Shown: piece by piece, positions 49,825 through 64,000 of the stretch
How the letters are laid out: the number at the start of each line of letters is the position of its first letter
How positions within the stretch are numbered: the stretch's first letter is position 1
Assembly: GCF_009914755.1 (NCBI RefSeq)
Contig: NC_060925.1
Length of the DNA stretch: 64,000 nucleotides
DNA from: the human T2T-CHM13v2.0 reference genome, Homo sapiens
Strand: one strand, 5' to 3'
Translations under genes and position numbers: made by a program
Notes under the pieces: model-generated
The model's input: only the letters and a program-made list of their open reading frames with translations
Told to the model about the DNA's origin: nothing
Database searches by the model: none

Positions 49825-50201
49825 TGAGTAGCTGGGATTACAGGCACCTGCCACCACGCCCGGCTATTTTTTTTTGTATTTTTAGTAGAGACGGGGTTTC
49901 ACCATGTTGGCCAGGCTGATTTTGAACTCCTGACCTCAAGTGATCCGCCCGACTTGAGCTCCCAAAGTGCTAGGATTACAGGTGTAAGCCACTGTACCTG
50001 GCCTGATTTATATATTGATTCTAAAGATAATGTTTAGTCTAAGATGGACCTGACAAGGCCAGGCACAGTGGTTCACCAGCAATTTGAGAGGCTGAGGCAG
50101 GAGGATCGCCTGAGCCTAGAAGTTCAAGGTTACAGTTAGCTGTGATCTCACCACTGCCTTCTAGCCTGGGCAACAGAGCAAGACACTGTCTCAAAAAATA
50201 A

Positions 50202-50526
<325 letters not shown>

Positions 50527-50639
50527 TAGCCAGGATGGTCTCGATCTCCTGACCTCGTGATCCGCCCACCTCAGCCTCCCAAAGTGCTGGGATTACAGGT
50601 ATGAGCCGCCGCGCCCGGCCTCTTCTGCCTTTTTTTAAG

Positions 50640-51138
<499 letters not shown>

Positions 51139-52099
51139 TTATATGGATTCTGTCCTCCTTGTGCCCTGGGTACCAACAGACTATGGAGAACTGATACTGG
51201 AGTTGGAATAACTGTATCATTTTTAATTTCTTTCATACGTTTTGCTCACAGTGGACTCATAACTTGAAACTCATTTATCCATGTGAAATAAATAGGCAAC
51301 AGTAAGTTGTTCCCATTTTGTGGGTAGCAAAGTGAAATCCAGTTGATTCATTGACTTTTCAAGGTACAGCCTCCAATCCCTCGCAAGCACATTTCCAACT
51401 ACATGATTTTCTCCAGACAATATCTTTTTAGGGAACCAGAAATGTATTGGAAAAATTCTTCTTTACCCTGGTGATTCTTGGATACCCTGTCTAGACCAGG
51501 GGCCTTCAACTCTGGATATAAAGCAGAGTCACCTAAGAGCTTGTTAAAAATGCAGATGCCAGAGTCTCATTCTGGACATTTTCATCAGAATCCCTTATGT
51601 ATGTTTTTTCAAGGCTCCAAGCAGAAATGGATTAGAAAGCATTCACTTTGGTCAGGCACAGGGGCTCATGCCTGTAATCCCAGCACTTTGGGAGGCTGAG
51701 TTGGGCAGATCACTTGAGGTCAGGACTTTGAGACCAGCCTGGCCAACATGGTGAAACCCCATCTCTACTAAAAATACAAAAATTAGCTGGGCGTGGTGGC
51801 GTGCACCTGTAATCCCAGCTACTTGAGTGGCCCCATGCATGTAATCCCAGCTACTCAGGGGGCTGAGGCAGGAGAATCACTTGAACCTGAGAGGTGGAGG
51901 TTGCAGTGAGCTGAGATCACACCACTTCACTCCATCCTGGGCATCAATGAGACTCTGTCTCAAAAAACAAAAGAAAATAAAAGAAAACAAAAATTACAAA
52001 AAGAAATAGAATATCATGGTTACAGAATTAATATACTTCAGTAATTGGTAAAAGAGATAAAAGAATTGGTAAGAACATAAAGATTGAATAGCACGATTA

Positions 52100-52502
<403 letters not shown>

Positions 52503-52849
52503 TTATTTTTGACAGTCTAAATACAGTCATCCTTTTTAACCCAGGAAGACAGAGAGAAAAGAGAGCAACTTTAGTTGCCTAAAGCTGAACTTGGATATCA
52601 CCAAGCCTCTAGAAAGATGGAAGATTATGAAATAATGCTTTAATAAACATATTATTAATTTAATAAGCACTTGTTCTACAAAGTAGAAAATACATCAGGT
52701 CATTATATTTGACCCCTGAGCAACAACGTTTTTGGACTGCATGGGTCCACTTATTCACAGATCTTTTTCAATAGAAGTTATACGGAGTGGACCTGCCTTT
52801 CTGGCCTCACCTTCCACCTATCAAATCCCAAAACTTCTGAATGTACTTT

Positions 52850-58270
<5,421 letters not shown>

Positions 58271-58339
58271 AGATACACAGAGATAGATAAATACGTGTAA
58301 ATGATAGAGATATGATAGCTAAGCCAGTCCACAGGTTAT

Positions 58340-62838
<4,499 letters not shown>

Positions 62839-62871
62839 AGTTCCCAGTGTGGGAGAAAGGAGCTAGTTTGC

Positions 62872-62999
62872 AATAAAAACAGCTGGATGCAGGAGCCCAG
62901 TGTCTTCATGCAGAGGAGCTCAATGTCGCGGGACTAGCTACACCAACATATGCACTTTTTACATTTAGAAACACTGTGATTAGACCACAGAACAATAAA
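62872..62999 (+). terminator. MSTO1 polyadenylation signals (two AATAAA)
   Basis: AATAAA at 62872-62877 and 62994-62999, downstream of the TAA at 62836-62838. Confidence 0.7.
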
Positions 63000-63285
63000 T
63001 ATGTGCCATCAGACCAAAAAAAAGTAGAGAAAGGAGCTGAACTCCACTCTCGATGCTACTTACAGAGGACATCTGTAAAGTCTTCATAAAAGACCTTGAA
63101 TGATGCCTAGGATGGCAGAGCCCCTGGGTCCTACTCCATCCTCCAGCCTTTGTCCTTGTCCTGGCCTCCTGCTCTCCAGATCTGTAAACTGGGCTCAAGG
63201 ACTGTACAAGCAGAGTACAACTACCCGCCTCCCCGGTGCCAGGGCGCCTGTTGGGTTTGGTCCTGTGTAGATGATTCCCAGAGTC

Positions 63286-63435
63286 TCATTCATCCAGCTC
63301 CTCTTCAGACAGAAGGTCCCCATGGTCAGACAGCTGGTCTGCATTGCTGGTACTGGTTGCATCATCCTCATCCTCAGAGCTGGCTTCACAGGCAGTGTGG
63401 AAGAGCTGCATGAGTTCTCGAAAATGGTGGGAAAC
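63286..63435 (-). pseudogene. Duplicated GON4L-type terminal coding exon ([49 protein letters not shown])
   Basis: Acceptor cctttcttag| on minus, then 49 codons and TGA; recognised as the GON4L C-terminus. Too short for the ORF track. Position beside MSTO1 implies the segmental-duplication (YY1AP1-side) copy. Confidence 0.85.
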
Positions 63436-63631
63436 CTAAGAAAGGAGGAGGGCTGTATTCACTGATCCTTAGTAACATGTTAACATTTATGAAGCACTAT
63501 ATATTGATTTGCAAAATCTTTTGTTTATTCCACACAGCAAGGTTGAGAGAGCTATGTCACTATAGATAAGGAAACTCAAGAGGCTAAATGTTTTGCCCAA
63601 AGTCACACGACTCCTAAAAACAAAACTAGAA

Positions 63632-63998
<367 letters not shown>

Positions 63999-64000
63999 GA

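Overview
Human (or very close hominid) genomic DNA; a perfect AluYa5 and an AluYd8-type element point to human. By gene content it is the 1q22 ASH1L-MSTO1 interval. In order: intron 1 and the CpG-island promoter of ASH1L (minus strand, assigned by synteny; no ASH1L coding exon is in the window); the overlapping ASH1L-AS1 unit with a 90-codon ORF matching the length of the reported APPLE micropeptide; a decayed unprocessed DAP3 copy (DAP3P1: exon-1-like donors in the CpG island, exon 2, the P-loop exon, and a stop- and Alu-disrupted exon); a CLDN6 processed pseudogene nested in an MLT2 LTR; a 969-bp HERV-K(HML-2) solo LTR5; the complete 14-exon MSTO1 gene (570 aa, all GT-AG junctions checked by hand); and a GON4L-type terminal exon lying tail-to-tail with MSTO1. 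Roughly half the window is Alu (about 110 copies or fragments by rough manual count), and nearly all ORF-track entries are Alu artefacts. No new system is demonstrated. The best testable hypotheses are that the orphaned DAP3 first exon was recycled as the ASH1L-AS1/APPLE unit, and that DAP3P1 exon 2 could splice in frame to MSTO1 exon 2 and add part of a mitochondrial presequence. Family and gene assignments come from recognition of the sequence, not from database searches.
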